This document shows positions 54,120 to 64,000 of a stretch of DNA of 64,000 nucleotides, in pieces. Position numbers and translations under genes: made by a program. Below the pieces are notes generated by a model. That model did no database searches. It saw only the letters and a list, made by a program, of their open reading frames with translations, and was not told the DNA's origin. Each line of letters begins with the position of its first letter. Position 1 is the first letter of the stretch. The stretch comes from an uncultured bacterium (lineage in GTDB: Bacteria > UBP4 > UBA4092): positions 704,805-768,804 of the forward strand of contig CAZXWN010000001.1 of assembly GCA_964644695.1 (NCBI GenBank), read 5' to 3'.

Positions 54120-55289
54120 ATGCCTCTTGGCATTTACATACACATACCCTTTTGTATAAGTAAATGTGCCTATTGTGATTTTGTTTCATATGCTGGGAGA
54201 GACAACCAGCAAGCTGCTTATTTTAATGCCATAATCAAGGAAATTCGTCTAAAAGCAGCCACTCTGGATTTTGGAATAAATAGAAAGGTCAGATCTATTT
54301 TCTTTGGTGGAGGAACGCCCTCCTATGTTCCGACAGAGTATATCACTCAAATCCTGAGTGAACTTGCCTATTATTTTGTATTAACGCCTGACTGTGAAAT
54401 CACCTTGGAAGGCAATCCTGAATCACTAGACTCTATACCCAGAATTGAAACCTATCGTCAATCGGGTATCAATCGGATAAGCATTGGAACTCAATCGTTT
54501 GATGATCATATTCTGGCCATCATGCACAGACCTCACAAATCAGATATGATTGCCCATACTGTACAAAATGTCAGGGCTGCAGGTATTGATAATTTTAATC
54601 TTGATTTAATTTTTGGATACCCCGAACAAACTCAAATTCAATGGAAAGACTCCCTCCAAAAAGCCCTTGCTCTGAAACCTTCTCATTTAAGTCTTTATGG
54701 GTTAACGGTAGAACCAAATACCTTATTAGATATACAGATTCGCTCTAAACAATTACCCGAACCTGATGATGATACTTCCGTCAGTATGTACCTGGAGGCG
54801 GAAGAGGAGTTATCACACCAGGGTTATCATCACTATGAAATCTCAAACTGGTCTCTTCCGAACCTGGAATGCCAACATAACTTGAATTATTGGAAATTTG
54901 GGAATTACCTTGGGTTTGGTTTGAATGCCCATTCTTATCTGGCAGGAAAACGATCCTGGAATACGGATAACCTCAATGATTATATTCATTTATTGAATTC
55001 CAAGAAATTGCCAGAATCGGATTCAGAGGTTTTGACCGGCCGTCATCAAATGGCAGAATACTGTATGGTAACGCTGAGACTCCGTGAGGGAATCCATCGG
55101 CAAACCTTTATCATGCGTTTTGGAGCCGATGTGGTGGATGCCTTTGGTCAGGTTCTGCATCAATATGAATCGACCGGGATGATAGAAATTTCTCCGGACT
55201 ATGTCCGATTAACAATTCAGGGGATTCTGTTCTCAGACAGTATATTTTCCGATTTACTAAGTGACACCGACTTTAGTGAGAACGAATAA
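54120..55289 (+). CDS. hemW: Radical SAM heme chaperone HemW
   Basis: YIHIPFCISKCAYCDF, GGGTPS, YEISN, HNLNYW; lepA-linked. Confidence 0.9.
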   Translation: MPLGIYIHIPFCISKCAYCDFVSYAGRDNQQAAYFNAIIKEIRLKAATLDFGINRKVRSIFFGGGTPSYVPTEYITQILSELAYYFVLTPDCEITLEGNPESLDSIPRIETYRQSGINRISIGTQSFDDHILAIMHRPHKSDMIAHTVQNVRAAGIDNFNLDLIFGYPEQTQIQWKDSLQKALALKPSHLSLYGLTVEPNTLLDIQIRSKQLPEPDDDTSVSMYLEAEEELSHQGYHHYEISNWSLPNLECQHNLNYWKFGNYLGFGLNAHSYLAGKRSWNTDNLNDYIHLLNSKKLPESDSEVLTGRHQMAEYCMVTLRLREGIHRQTFIMRFGADVVDAFGQVLHQYESTGMIEISPDYVRLTIQGILFSDSIFSDLLSDTDFSENE

Positions 55290-55329
55290 TCCACGGAGCT
55301 GCTCAGAGCAACTCCGTGGATTATTCGTT
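55281..55329. repeat. Palindromic REP-like element, copy 3 (most complete; probably also a bidirectional terminator)
   Basis: aacgaataatccacggagctgctc-a-gagcaactccgtggattattcgtt; 24-bp arms with one mismatch. Confidence 0.85.
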
Positions 55330-55336
55330 TTAAAAA

Positions 55337-56647
55337 TTATTTTCCTTTAACTTTTTGTTTATAGGTCTTTACTCGACCGTTTAATCTCGAAAGTGATTCA
55401 ACGGCAGATTGATCCCCCCGACTATATTCCAACATCAACCGACCTTCTTCTTTGCAAAGCCTTTTCTGCGTGGGTAATATTTCTCGTAAAAGAAACGCCG
55501 CATATTTCACCATCCGGAACGGACCCCATACTCTGGAATGTTCACCCTCGACATGTTCCACCGCCACAGAATATCTGTCTTTGATACTGCCAATCAAATC
55601 CTTTTTTTCCAGTGAAGGAGAAAACACTAAAGTGTAATACCAATCGAAAAGTTCACCCTTTGTTACCCCGTGAGAATCAGAAGCTCCAACGATAGGTATC
55701 ACTCGCCCTTTGGAATATTCTTCATAATACCGGGCAACTTGAAGGTTATTGGATTCGATTTCCCACTTATGAAAACCACCGATCAGTTCCAGGGCATCAA
55801 AAGGCTGTGTCTCAAACAGATAATTCAACATCGGAGTGGTTGGGGAATAACGATACATATTGGGCCAATACGGATGCGGTAATATTGCCAGCCCCTCACC
55901 CTTTCTTATCTGGTCATACACCCACGTCATGATGGCAAGCTCATGCCGATCAACACCCGGAGGTGTGGGTCCTAATTCCTTTTCATAAGCTGCAACTTCT
56001 GATTCGTATACCGCAGTATCTTTCATCCGCTCATTGACACTGAAGTTACCGCCAAAATTTACAGTATGAATCAATACATTTTCCGGGTGGACCTCTTCGC
56101 CAGGAAAGATAACCAGGTCATGGGGTAAATCCTTGTAGGTATCAATGGCTTCCAGGGATGGTTTATACCGGTGATGGTCAGTAATGGCGATAAAATCAAA
56201 TCCAGCTTCACGATATTTGGCCGCCACAAATGCGGGAGATTCTCTTCCATCCGAGTGGAAAGTATGAACATGAGTATCCCCTTTATAAAAGGACCGCTCA
56301 TAAAGGTCGGGTAAGAGAGAGTAAATCCGAATTTCACCTATCAAAATCTTTTGTGTTTCCTGTACTTCTTCAATTCTGATTCGATGTTCCTGTTCCCCTT
56401 CAAAGAAGAGTTTAAATTTCATAACTCCATCTTCAATCGCAAAAGGTACCGACTGTTTGTCCCATGTCCATCCAGATTTGATGTTTATTACTTCCATGGG
56501 AAAATACGAAACAGTATATTTCACACCCGATTTGAATTTGGTATGTCCATCAAGAGGACGAATGTTGATTTCTGTTTCTGTATCGGCGAGAACTAATTGG
56601 TGAGATACTTCAAAATAGTCATTATAAGGTTTCATAATTCCATCCAT
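55337..56647 (-). CDS. PHP-domain metallohydrolase
   Basis: KGDTHVHTFHSDG, AITDHH, GEE, HPYW, GASDSH. Confidence 0.82.
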   Translation of the reverse strand: MDGIMKPYNDYFEVSHQLVLADTETEINIRPLDGHTKFKSGVKYTVSYFPMEVINIKSGWTWDKQSVPFAIEDGVMKFKLFFEGEQEHRIRIEEVQETQKILIGEIRIYSLLPDLYERSFYKGDTHVHTFHSDGRESPAFVAAKYREAGFDFIAITDHHRYKPSLEAIDTYKDLPHDLVIFPGEEVHPENVLIHTVNFGGNFSVNERMKDTAVYESEVAAYEKELGPTPPGVDRHELAIMTWVYDQIRKGEGLAILPHPYWPNMYRYSPTTPMLNYLFETQPFDALELIGGFHKWEIESNNLQVARYYEEYSKGRVIPIVGASDSHGVTKGELFDWYYTLVFSPSLEKKDLIGSIKDRYSVAVEHVEGEHSRVWGPFRMVKYAAFLLREILPTQKRLCKEEGRLMLEYSRGDQSAVESLSRLNGRVKTYKQKVKGK

Positions 56648-56768
56648 TTCTTGTCATAATTTATCCTAATATTATATGACTCTATTTGGATAATAGTTGA
56701 GAATGATTCCTTCAGAGCTATTGACAGCTCCACCACAGGTTAAGTAATCTCAAGTAAGAGGTGTAATT

Positions 56769-58331
56769 ATGAAAGTCGTATCTGCCAAACAAATGCAGGA
56801 ACTGGACCAATGTACCATCCATAATCACAACATTCCTGCCTTACAACTCATGGAAAATGCCGGTCAGGAAATTAGTAGAATCATAAGGGACTATTATCCT
56901 GACCTAAAAAAAGTCGTCATTTTCTGTGGAAAAGGAAACAATGGTGGAGACGGACTGGTATGTGCCAGGATACTCAGCCAGCACGAGATTGAAACAATCG
57001 TTTATCTTTGTGCAAAAACCTCGGAATTAAAGGGAGAATGTCGAATCAACTATGAGGTTTGTCAGTCCCTCGAATCAAAACCTGTCATCCATGAAATCAC
57101 AGAGGAATCACAGTTAAAAGATGTTCAGACGGAATTGGCAAATGCAGATTTGGTGGTGGATGCCTTATTGGGAACGGGGACAAAAGGACCTCTCCAGGGA
57201 TTGCTTTCCAAGGTCATTCATATCATCAATGAAGCCGACATACAAACTGTTGCTATTGATATTCCCACGGGAATGAATCCTGATACAGGTGAGATTGTTG
57301 ACGATTGTATTCAACCCGCCATCACGGTCACCCTCGGTTTACCTAAGATTGGATTAGTAACTTATCCAGGAGCTCAATATACAGGAAAAGTGATCACGGC
57401 TGATATCGGTATCCCTTCCAATGCAATTGATTCATTAAAAATTAATCTGAACTATTTGACTGTTGAAGAATGTTCTCTTTTGTTGCCTGAACGGGAACCG
57501 GAATCACACAAGGGGACTTATGGACATGTACTGATACTGGCAGGCTCACCGGGCTTTCTCGGTGCCGCATGTCTGGCAACTGAAAGCGCTTTGCGATCCG
57601 GTGCAGGATTGGTTACATTGGGAGTTCCTGCCAGTTTACAAACTCCAGCCTCCATTAAATTAACGGAAGCGATGACATTAGGCCTTCCAGAAACCGCAAA
57701 ACACACGCTGGACCTGAACGCTGAACCAATTATTGATAATTTCCTCCAAAGAGCGAATGTATTGGCGATGGGACCGGGTATTTCCACACAGGAAAACACT
57801 CTTTCTCTGGTACGACGCCTGGTTCAAAACAGCTCGATTCAAGTTATTTTAGATGCAGATGCACTGGTTGCGTATCATAACAATCTATCTGGATTCAAAG
57901 CAGCTCAAAAACCCGTCATCATTACTCCACATCCCGGAGAAATGGCCCGCTTATGCAATTGCTCAATCCAGGATGTTCAAAACAACAGAATTTCACTGTC
58001 GCGAAGATTCGCCAAGGATTTTGGTGTTTACCTGGTTTTAAAGGGCGCTGCAACCCTGATTGCGGAGCCATCAGGTCAAGTTTATATCAATTCAACGGGG
58101 AATCCTGGAATGGCCACAGGAGGCGCGGGGGATGTTTTAACCGGCATCATTGCAAGTTTATCCGCTCAAGGACTCACTCCACTGGAGGCCTGTTTGTTAG
58201 GCAGTTATCTTCATGGATTGTCAGGAGATTTTGCCGCAGGAGTACTTACTCAATATTGCCTCACAGCCAGAGACATAATTCAGTATTTACCTAAGGCGTT
58301 TAGTCACCTTTTGTCAGTCTCAAACACCTAA
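56769..58331 (+). CDS. nnr: Bifunctional NAD(P)HX epimerase/dehydratase
   Basis: LMENAG, CGKGNNGGDG, DALLGTG, HKGTYG, DADAL, TPHPGEM, MATGGAGDVLTG. Confidence 0.95.
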   Translation: MKVVSAKQMQELDQCTIHNHNIPALQLMENAGQEISRIIRDYYPDLKKVVIFCGKGNNGGDGLVCARILSQHEIETIVYLCAKTSELKGECRINYEVCQSLESKPVIHEITEESQLKDVQTELANADLVVDALLGTGTKGPLQGLLSKVIHIINEADIQTVAIDIPTGMNPDTGEIVDDCIQPAITVTLGLPKIGLVTYPGAQYTGKVITADIGIPSNAIDSLKINLNYLTVEECSLLLPEREPESHKGTYGHVLILAGSPGFLGAACLATESALRSGAGLVTLGVPASLQTPASIKLTEAMTLGLPETAKHTLDLNAEPIIDNFLQRANVLAMGPGISTQENTLSLVRRLVQNSSIQVILDADALVAYHNNLSGFKAAQKPVIITPHPGEMARLCNCSIQDVQNNRISLSRRFAKDFGVYLVLKGAATLIAEPSGQVYINSTGNPGMATGGAGDVLTGIIASLSAQGLTPLEACLLGSYLHGLSGDFAAGVLTQYCLTARDIIQYLPKAFSHLLSVSNT

Positions 58332-58334
58332 TAT

Positions 58335-58440
58335 TGTCATTCTGACAAACCGATATCCTCACAAGTCAGCATTTAACCTGACTCGCTTCGTTTATGCTTC
58401 ACTCTGGCAAACAGAGTTTTGCAAGAATGTCATAATGACA
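58335..58440. promoter_or_regulatory. Two TGTCA-N3-TGACA palindromes, putative enhancer-binding protein sites
   Basis: tgtca-ttc-tgaca at 58335-58347 and tgtca-taa-tgaca at 58428-58440, upstream of a sigma54 motif. Confidence 0.6.
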
Positions 58441-58582
58441 CACCCCTGTTAATTTGGATTGGCATGACATTGGATTCAGTGCCAGTTTCGACCTTCAAGT
58501 TATTTCTTACTAATTCAACTAATTATAATAATATCAATGATATAAAACATATTCTCACCTGGAATATATTCGTCTAAATACT

Positions 58583-58599
58583 TTGGCACAAATAATGCA
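58583..58599 (+). promoter_or_regulatory. Sigma54 (-24/-12) promoter of the hsp20-dnaK operon
   Basis: TTGGCACaaataaTGCA: GG at 58585-86 and GC at 58597-98 separated by exactly 10 nt. Confidence 0.72.
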
Positions 58600-58675
58600 T
58601 TATTAATAAATGAAAAAATAAAAAGTACTCTGAGCTCAGGAGTAAAACAACATAAACCAACAGGAGGTCAAAACC

Positions 58676-59119
58676 ATGGCGATAATTAAATTCAATCCTT
58701 ATCGGGAGTTTAATATGTTACAGGATGAAATGAACCGGCTGTTTAATTCTTTTGCTCGCGGTTCCGACCTGCAAACATTGGCTGAAGGAACTTGGGCTCC
58801 CGTCGTAGATATCTACGAAAACAAAGATGAAATCATGATTGATGCCGAAATACCCGGTGTCAGTCAGGAAGACATCCAAGTCTCCATTACCAACAACATC
58901 CTGACCATTAAGGGTGAGAAAAAACAACACAAGGAAGTCAAAGAAGAAAACTTCCATCGTGTTGAAAGATCGTATGGCATGTTCAGCCGATCCTTCTCCT
59001 TACCTGCATCAGTTAAATCTGACATGGTTAAAGCAACATTCAAGGATGGGGTCTTGCGAATCAGTATCCAGAAGCAGGATGAAGTTCAAACTAACAACAT
59101 CCCTATTGAAGTTAAGTAA
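58676..59119 (+). CDS. Small heat shock protein (Hsp20/alpha-crystallin)
   Basis: WAPVVDIYE, EIPGV, LTIKGE, ERSYGMFSRSFSLP, ATFKDGVLRI. Confidence 0.95.
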   Translation: MAIIKFNPYREFNMLQDEMNRLFNSFARGSDLQTLAEGTWAPVVDIYENKDEIMIDAEIPGVSQEDIQVSITNNILTIKGEKKQHKEVKEENFHRVERSYGMFSRSFSLPASVKSDMVKATFKDGVLRISIQKQDEVQTNNIPIEVK

Positions 59120-59130
59120 CAAAAAGAAAT

Positions 59131-59206
59131 GACCGAAAGATCGGCTTTCGGTGAGTCCGGACTAGTGAAAAGCTAGTCCGGAGATATTGGGAGCCGATCC
59201 CGATAC
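59131..59206 (+). ncRNA. Candidate structured intercistronic RNA element
   Basis: Three adjacent hairpins, with an alternative 14-bp helix between hairpins 1 and 3; family unknown. Confidence 0.45.
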
Positions 59207-59247
59207 AGTAAAAGTGAAAACAGACCTTTGAAAAGGAGATATATACA

Positions 59248-61167
59248 ATGTCAAAAGTAATTGGAATTGACTTAGGCACAACAAATTCGTGTGTGTCAGT
59301 GATGGAAGGCGGACAGCCCGTTGTTATTCCGAATGCCGAAGGTGGAAGAACAACCCCATCGGTAGTAGCCTTCACAAAAAATGGTGAACGACTGGTAGGA
59401 ACTGTCGCCAAACGACAGGCTATCACAAATCCAGCACATACCGTTTATTCGATTAAGCGTTTTATGGGTCGCCGGCAACAAGAAGTTGCCCATGAAATAT
59501 CATTAGTTCCATACAAGGTGGTCGAAGCAGACAATGGAGCCGCCAGTGTGTTGGTTGATGATAAAAAATACTCTCCACCCGAAATATCAGCGATGATCCT
59601 TCAAAAGATGAGACAAACGGCTGAAGATTACCTCGGAGAGAAAGTTACTGATGCCGTCATTACTGTTCCCGCTTATTTTAATGACAGTCAGCGTCAGGCC
59701 ACTAAAGATGCTGGACGAGTTGCGGGATTGAATGTATTAAGAATTATTAACGAACCAACAGCTGCCGCACTGGCTTACGGCTTGGATAAGAAAGTAAATG
59801 AAAAAATAGCTGTATATGACTTGGGTGGTGGTACTTTCGATATCTCAATTCTGGAACTGGGTGAAGGCGTCTTTGAAGTTAAATCTACTAATGGTGACAC
59901 CCATTTAGGTGGTGATGATTTTGACCAGGTCATCATCGATTGGCTTTGTGATGAATTCAAGAAACAAGAAGGAATTGATCTGAAACTGGACCGGATGGCC
60001 TTACAACGGTTAAAAGAGGCGGCTGAAAAGGCCAAGATTGAATTGTCCAGCAGCAGTCAGACTGAAGTAAATCTACCCTTCATTTCTGCAGATGCTAATG
60101 GCCCGAAACATTTGAACATTCCATTAACACGCGCAAAATTAGAACAGATTTGTGGTGAATTGATTGAAAGAACCCGTATTCCTGTAGAAAAAGCGCTGTC
60201 CGATGCGGGGTTAGGTGCTGCGGATATAGATGAGGTGGTCTTGGTCGGTGGTATGACCCGTATGCCGGCGGTTCAGGAATTGGTTAAAAAGATTTTCGGA
60301 AAAGAACCGCACAAGGGTGTAAATCCAGATGAAGTGGTCGCCATCGGTGCAGCAATCCAGGGTGGTGTATTGAAAGGCGAAGTAAAAGATGTTCTCCTTC
60401 TTGATGTCACTCCTCTGTCCTTAGGGATTGAAACTATGGGCAGCGTTATGACAAAGTTGATTGAACGGAACACTACCATTCCAACTCGGAAAAGTGAAGT
60501 ATTCTCAACCGCATCTGATAGCCAGACACAAGTTGAAATCCATGTTCTGCAAGGTGAACGCTCCATGGCTGGAGACAATAAATCTCTGGGTAAATTTATC
60601 CTTGATGGGATTCCACCAGCGCCTCGGGGTGTGCCTCAGATTGAAGTCACTTTTGATATTGATGCGAATGGTATATTGAATGTTACGGCTAAAGACCGTG
60701 CAACAGGAAAAGAACAAAAAATCACCATTACAGCATCAAGCGGACTTCGTGAGGAAGACATCAAAAAAATGGTAGATGAAGCTGAAGTCCATTCTAAAGA
60801 AGATAAAGAACGTCGTGAAGTAATCGACTTAAAAAATCAAGCAGACAGCCTCATCTATCAGTCAGAAAAAACACTGAAAGATTTAGGTGACAAGGTTACG
60901 GCTGAAGACAAGGCAACTTTAGATTCTGCCGTAAGCAAGTTGAAAGAAAAAATCAATTCAGCTAATGCTTCAGATTTAAAAGCCGCCATTGAAGAATATA
61001 ATCAGCAGTGGCATGCTATTTCACAGAAGATTTATCAGCAGGCTTCAGCGGCTGGTCAGCAGACACCGGGACCAGAAGCCCAAGGCGCCCCGAACACAGG
61101 AAACACCGGTAACGGTCAGACTGTGGATGCGGACTATGAAGTAGTAGATGACGATAAAAACAAATAA
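59248..61167 (+). CDS. dnaK: Molecular chaperone DnaK
   Basis: [55 protein letters not shown]. Confidence 0.98.
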   Translation: MSKVIGIDLGTTNSCVSVMEGGQPVVIPNAEGGRTTPSVVAFTKNGERLVGTVAKRQAITNPAHTVYSIKRFMGRRQQEVAHEISLVPYKVVEADNGAASVLVDDKKYSPPEISAMILQKMRQTAEDYLGEKVTDAVITVPAYFNDSQRQATKDAGRVAGLNVLRIINEPTAAALAYGLDKKVNEKIAVYDLGGGTFDISILELGEGVFEVKSTNGDTHLGGDDFDQVIIDWLCDEFKKQEGIDLKLDRMALQRLKEAAEKAKIELSSSSQTEVNLPFISADANGPKHLNIPLTRAKLEQICGELIERTRIPVEKALSDAGLGAADIDEVVLVGGMTRMPAVQELVKKIFGKEPHKGVNPDEVVAIGAAIQGGVLKGEVKDVLLLDVTPLSLGIETMGSVMTKLIERNTTIPTRKSEVFSTASDSQTQVEIHVLQGERSMAGDNKSLGKFILDGIPPAPRGVPQIEVTFDIDANGILNVTAKDRATGKEQKITITASSGLREEDIKKMVDEAEVHSKEDKERREVIDLKNQADSLIYQSEKTLKDLGDKVTAEDKATLDSAVSKLKEKINSANASDLKAAIEEYNQQWHAISQKIYQQASAAGQQTPGPEAQGAPNTGNTGNGQTVDADYEVVDDDKNK

Positions 61168-61182
61168 CCATCTGCAATAAAT

Positions 61183-61230
61183 TAGCGGGGCAGGAGGTGT
61201 CTTTACTGACAACTCTTGCCCCTGTTATTT
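61183..61230 (+). terminator. Hairpin between dnaK and dnaJ (attenuator/terminator-like)
   Basis: tagcggggcaggag...ctcttgcccctgtta followed by ttt. Confidence 0.55.
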
Positions 61231-61254
61231 GACGAAGAGGATGAGGAGAAGAAT

Positions 61255-62343
61255 ATGGCTGGGAAAGATTACTATTCTTTATTGGGTGTTACCCCTGAAG
61301 CATCCGAATCGGAGATAAAGAAAGCCTTTCGCAAACTGGCAAAGAAATATCATCCGGATGCCAATCCTGGCAATAAAGATGCCGAGAATAAATTCAAAGA
61401 CATCAATGAAGCCTATGAAGTATTGAGCAACCCAGAAAAGAAAACCCAATATGATACCTTAAGGCGAGGAGGATTTGATCCCAGTCAAATGGGGAATATG
61501 GGTGGTTGGCGACCGGATATGGGTAACAATGGAGATTTCAACCAATATGGATTTGGAAACCTGGGTGATATCTTCAGTTCGATTTTTGGAAACCGTGGTT
61601 TCCAAAATGAAGAGGACTTGTTTGCGGACCATTCCAATCTCGATTTACAGACCGAAGTCGAACTAACCTTCGACCAGGCAATTCATGGTGGCCACACAAT
61701 CATACGAATCCCGAAAACCATGGAATGTTCTGCCTGTCACGGAACGGGATCAGCTCCGGGCAGCGAGGCTCCCATATGTGGACGGTGTCATGGTACTGGA
61801 TCCATCCAGTTTGGACAGGGGGGATTTGCCCTCAGTCGTCCATGCCCTGAGTGCCAGGGGAGAGGGAGAAAAGTAGTTCATCCCTGCCCTACTTGTCAGG
61901 GAACAGGAGAGGTTCAATCTATCCGTCAATTGCGTGTCAAGATTCCAGTAGGTGTGGATAATGGGACAAAAATCAAAATTCGTGGTGAAGGGAAACCCGG
62001 CAATAATCGACAACCCGCCGGAGATTTATATATTACTTTCAGAGTAAAAAACGATTCACCCTATACTCGTAAGGGTAATGATTTGTATATGGATGCACAA
62101 GTTAATGCCCTGGATGCCATCCTTGGGACAACTCTTGAGGTACCTACATTAACAGGCAAAGCAAAATTAAAAGTCCCCCCAGGGACTCAGCCTGATGTCC
62201 AGCTCCGGTTAAAGGGGCAAGGGGTTCCTTCCCCTAAAGGTTATGACAAAGGGGATCTGTTTGTTAGAATTAAAGTTGTTATTCCAAAGGACTTAACGGA
62301 AGACCAAATAAAACTGGCCCGGAAGTTGGCCGATACTTTATAA
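61255..62343 (+). CDS. dnaJ: DnaJ co-chaperone
   Basis: KDYY...YHPD, G/F region, four CxxCxGxG repeats; ATG 61255 after GAGGAG. Confidence 0.95.
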   Translation: MAGKDYYSLLGVTPEASESEIKKAFRKLAKKYHPDANPGNKDAENKFKDINEAYEVLSNPEKKTQYDTLRRGGFDPSQMGNMGGWRPDMGNNGDFNQYGFGNLGDIFSSIFGNRGFQNEEDLFADHSNLDLQTEVELTFDQAIHGGHTIIRIPKTMECSACHGTGSAPGSEAPICGRCHGTGSIQFGQGGFALSRPCPECQGRGRKVVHPCPTCQGTGEVQSIRQLRVKIPVGVDNGTKIKIRGEGKPGNNRQPAGDLYITFRVKNDSPYTRKGNDLYMDAQVNALDAILGTTLEVPTLTGKAKLKVPPGTQPDVQLRLKGQGVPSPKGYDKGDLFVRIKVVIPKDLTEDQIKLARKLADTL

Positions 62344-62365
62344 ACCTAAAAGGCGAATCATCTTT

Positions 62366-63856
62366 ATGAAGATTAATCTGTCATCATTAAGACGTGGTAA
62401 TGTACAAACTGTTTTATTGATACTCATTGTCCTGGTACTTGGAGGCTTGGCCGGGGGTGGATTAGTTTATCTTTCAAGCAGTCGCAGCAAGAGCAGTGGC
62501 ACAGGTCGTCCGGCGAAACTCTCCTATCCCCCAGGAACAACATTACCCACCTTTGCACCTATCGTTGATGTTATAAAGCCCTGCGTAGTAAACATCTATA
62601 CAGAACAACATGTTATCAGTCCCTTCGGCAAACAAGGTGAAGGGAATCCCGGCCCTTTGAATGATTTGTTAGGGGATGATATGTTCAACTTTTTCTTCGG
62701 ACAACCACAGCGGGATATGACTATGACCAGTCTTGGTTCTGGAGTGATTGTTGATCGTGAAGGATATATCATCACCAACAATCATGTTGTTGAAAAAGCC
62801 GACCGAATCAATATCAAAACAAGTGATGGCCGGGAGTATAAAGCAACTTTAGTTGGACGAGACTCCAAAACAGACATTGCTGTCTTGAAAATAGCCAGTA
62901 AAGATAAATTTAATTATGCTGTTCTGGGAGATTCCGACGCTGTCCAGGTTGGAGATTGGGTCCTTGCAATTGGGAATCCGTTTGGATATGCCGAGAGTGT
63001 CAGTCACGGTATTATCAGTGCCTTAGGCCGACATGTGGGAGTTACGGAATATGAAGACTTCATACAGACAGATGCCGCAATCAATCCCGGCAATAGTGGT
63101 GGACCACTCGTTAATTTGAGGGGTGAAATTATTGGTATCAATACGGTCATTGCCACCAAAACAGGGACAAACATTGGAATTGGATTTGCGATTCCCTCGA
63201 ATTTGGTTCGGACCATTTATAGTGAGCTAAAGAGCAAAGGCAAAGTCGTCCGGGGGTGGCTGGGTGTTGGTCTTCAAGATCTTAACCCGGACCTGGCAGC
63301 CAAGTTCGGAGTTCAAAAAGGGGTTCGGATTACAGGTGTTATCAAGGGAAGCCCTGCAGAAAAAGGAAATATGAAGGTAGATGACATTGTCATTGAATAC
63401 AATGGAAAGAAAATTACCCGAACCGAACAATTACGACAATTAGTAGGCGCAACAAAAGCAGATTCAACAGTTAAAGTGGTAGTTGTTCGAAATAAAGCAA
63501 CCGTATCGCTCAGTATCAAAGTATCTGAAATGCCATCGGATTCAGCTCGAATGTTTAGTGAAATTCCCGGGAGTAACACCTTGGGATTGGAAGTTGATGA
63601 TGTGACAGAACCTCTGGCAAAACGTTTAGGCCTCAATAAAGCAGCCGGTGTCATTGTCACCAATATAACTAAAGGGTCTGCTGTTGACAGTGCTCAGGTT
63701 CGAAGAGGCGATGTAATTCTAGAAGTCAATGACCAACAGATACATAACGTTTCTGACTTCAACACAGTAGCCAATTCCATCGAATCCGGCAGTAAAGTCT
63801 TCCTGAGAATTTATCGGGGAGGGTATATAATATATATAAACTTCGTGGCTGATTAA
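62366..63856 (+). CDS. degP: HtrA/DegP family serine protease with two PDZ domains
   Basis: LGSGVIV, TNNHVV, DIAVL, QTDAAINPGNSGGPL, RGWLGV. Confidence 0.93.
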   Translation: MKINLSSLRRGNVQTVLLILIVLVLGGLAGGGLVYLSSSRSKSSGTGRPAKLSYPPGTTLPTFAPIVDVIKPCVVNIYTEQHVISPFGKQGEGNPGPLNDLLGDDMFNFFFGQPQRDMTMTSLGSGVIVDREGYIITNNHVVEKADRINIKTSDGREYKATLVGRDSKTDIAVLKIASKDKFNYAVLGDSDAVQVGDWVLAIGNPFGYAESVSHGIISALGRHVGVTEYEDFIQTDAAINPGNSGGPLVNLRGEIIGINTVIATKTGTNIGIGFAIPSNLVRTIYSELKSKGKVVRGWLGVGLQDLNPDLAAKFGVQKGVRITGVIKGSPAEKGNMKVDDIVIEYNGKKITRTEQLRQLVGATKADSTVKVVVVRNKATVSLSIKVSEMPSDSARMFSEIPGSNTLGLEVDDVTEPLAKRLGLNKAAGVIVTNITKGSAVDSAQVRRGDVILEVNDQQIHNVSDFNTVANSIESGSKVFLRIYRGGYIIYINFVAD

Positions 63857-63883
63857 GCCATAAAATAAGGCAAAAAAGAGAAT

Positions 63884-64000
63884 ATGAGCAATCCGTTTAA
63901 AGACTGTTACAAGATCCTTGGTATTTCCAGAGATGCGGAAATAACTGAGATTGAAACTGCTTACAAGAAATTGTCAAAGAAGTTAAAACCGACAAAATCT
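63884..64000 (+). CDS. J-domain-like protein (3' truncated by window)
   Basis: My translation: MSNPFKDCYKILGISRDAEITEIETAYKKLSKKLKPTKS; aligns without gaps to a J-domain N-terminus. Confidence 0.75.
   Translation, partial: MSNPFKDCYKILGISRDAEITEIETAYKKLSKKLKPTKS

Noticed and set aside
59131-59206. Hammerhead ribozyme
   Set aside because: No CUGAnGA core with correctly placed GAAA.

Overview
A 64-kb chromosomal window from an AT-rich diderm bacterium (it encodes TolC, type IV pilus genes and sigma54 activators), with two 100-N scaffold gaps inside pilC and gyrA. Most genes are housekeeping: PrsA/SurA-like foldase, topA, dprA, pilB/pilC, nadD, proA, argD/argF, ald, gyrB/gyrA, two glgC-family genes, three ABC export systems, terC and short-chain chr transporters, lysC, accB/accC, ROK kinase, lepA, two lepB, hemW, nnr, and an hsp20-dnaK-dnaJ-degP operon. 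I saw no rRNA, tRNA, CRISPR array or transposase. The most unusual observations are: (1) a DnaA-family protein made of an N-terminal MshEN (c-di-GMP receptor type) domain, an acidic linker and an intact DnaA AAA+ domain, with no DnaA domain I or IV; (2) the next gene, a secreted TPR protein whose lytic transglycosylase motifs are circularly permuted, with both genes converging on a pilB-pilC-hypothetical-dprA-topA block; (3) a sigma54-type promoter with paired TGTCA-N3-TGACA sites ahead of the chaperone operon, and a candidate two-state RNA between hsp20 and dnaK; (4) a ~45-bp palindromic element present three times; (5) smaller oddities: a GyrB EGNSA motif, a degenerate GlgC paralog, an internal aspartokinase beta-subunit start and an HPD-less J-domain. 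All calls come from motif reading by eye; no searches were run.
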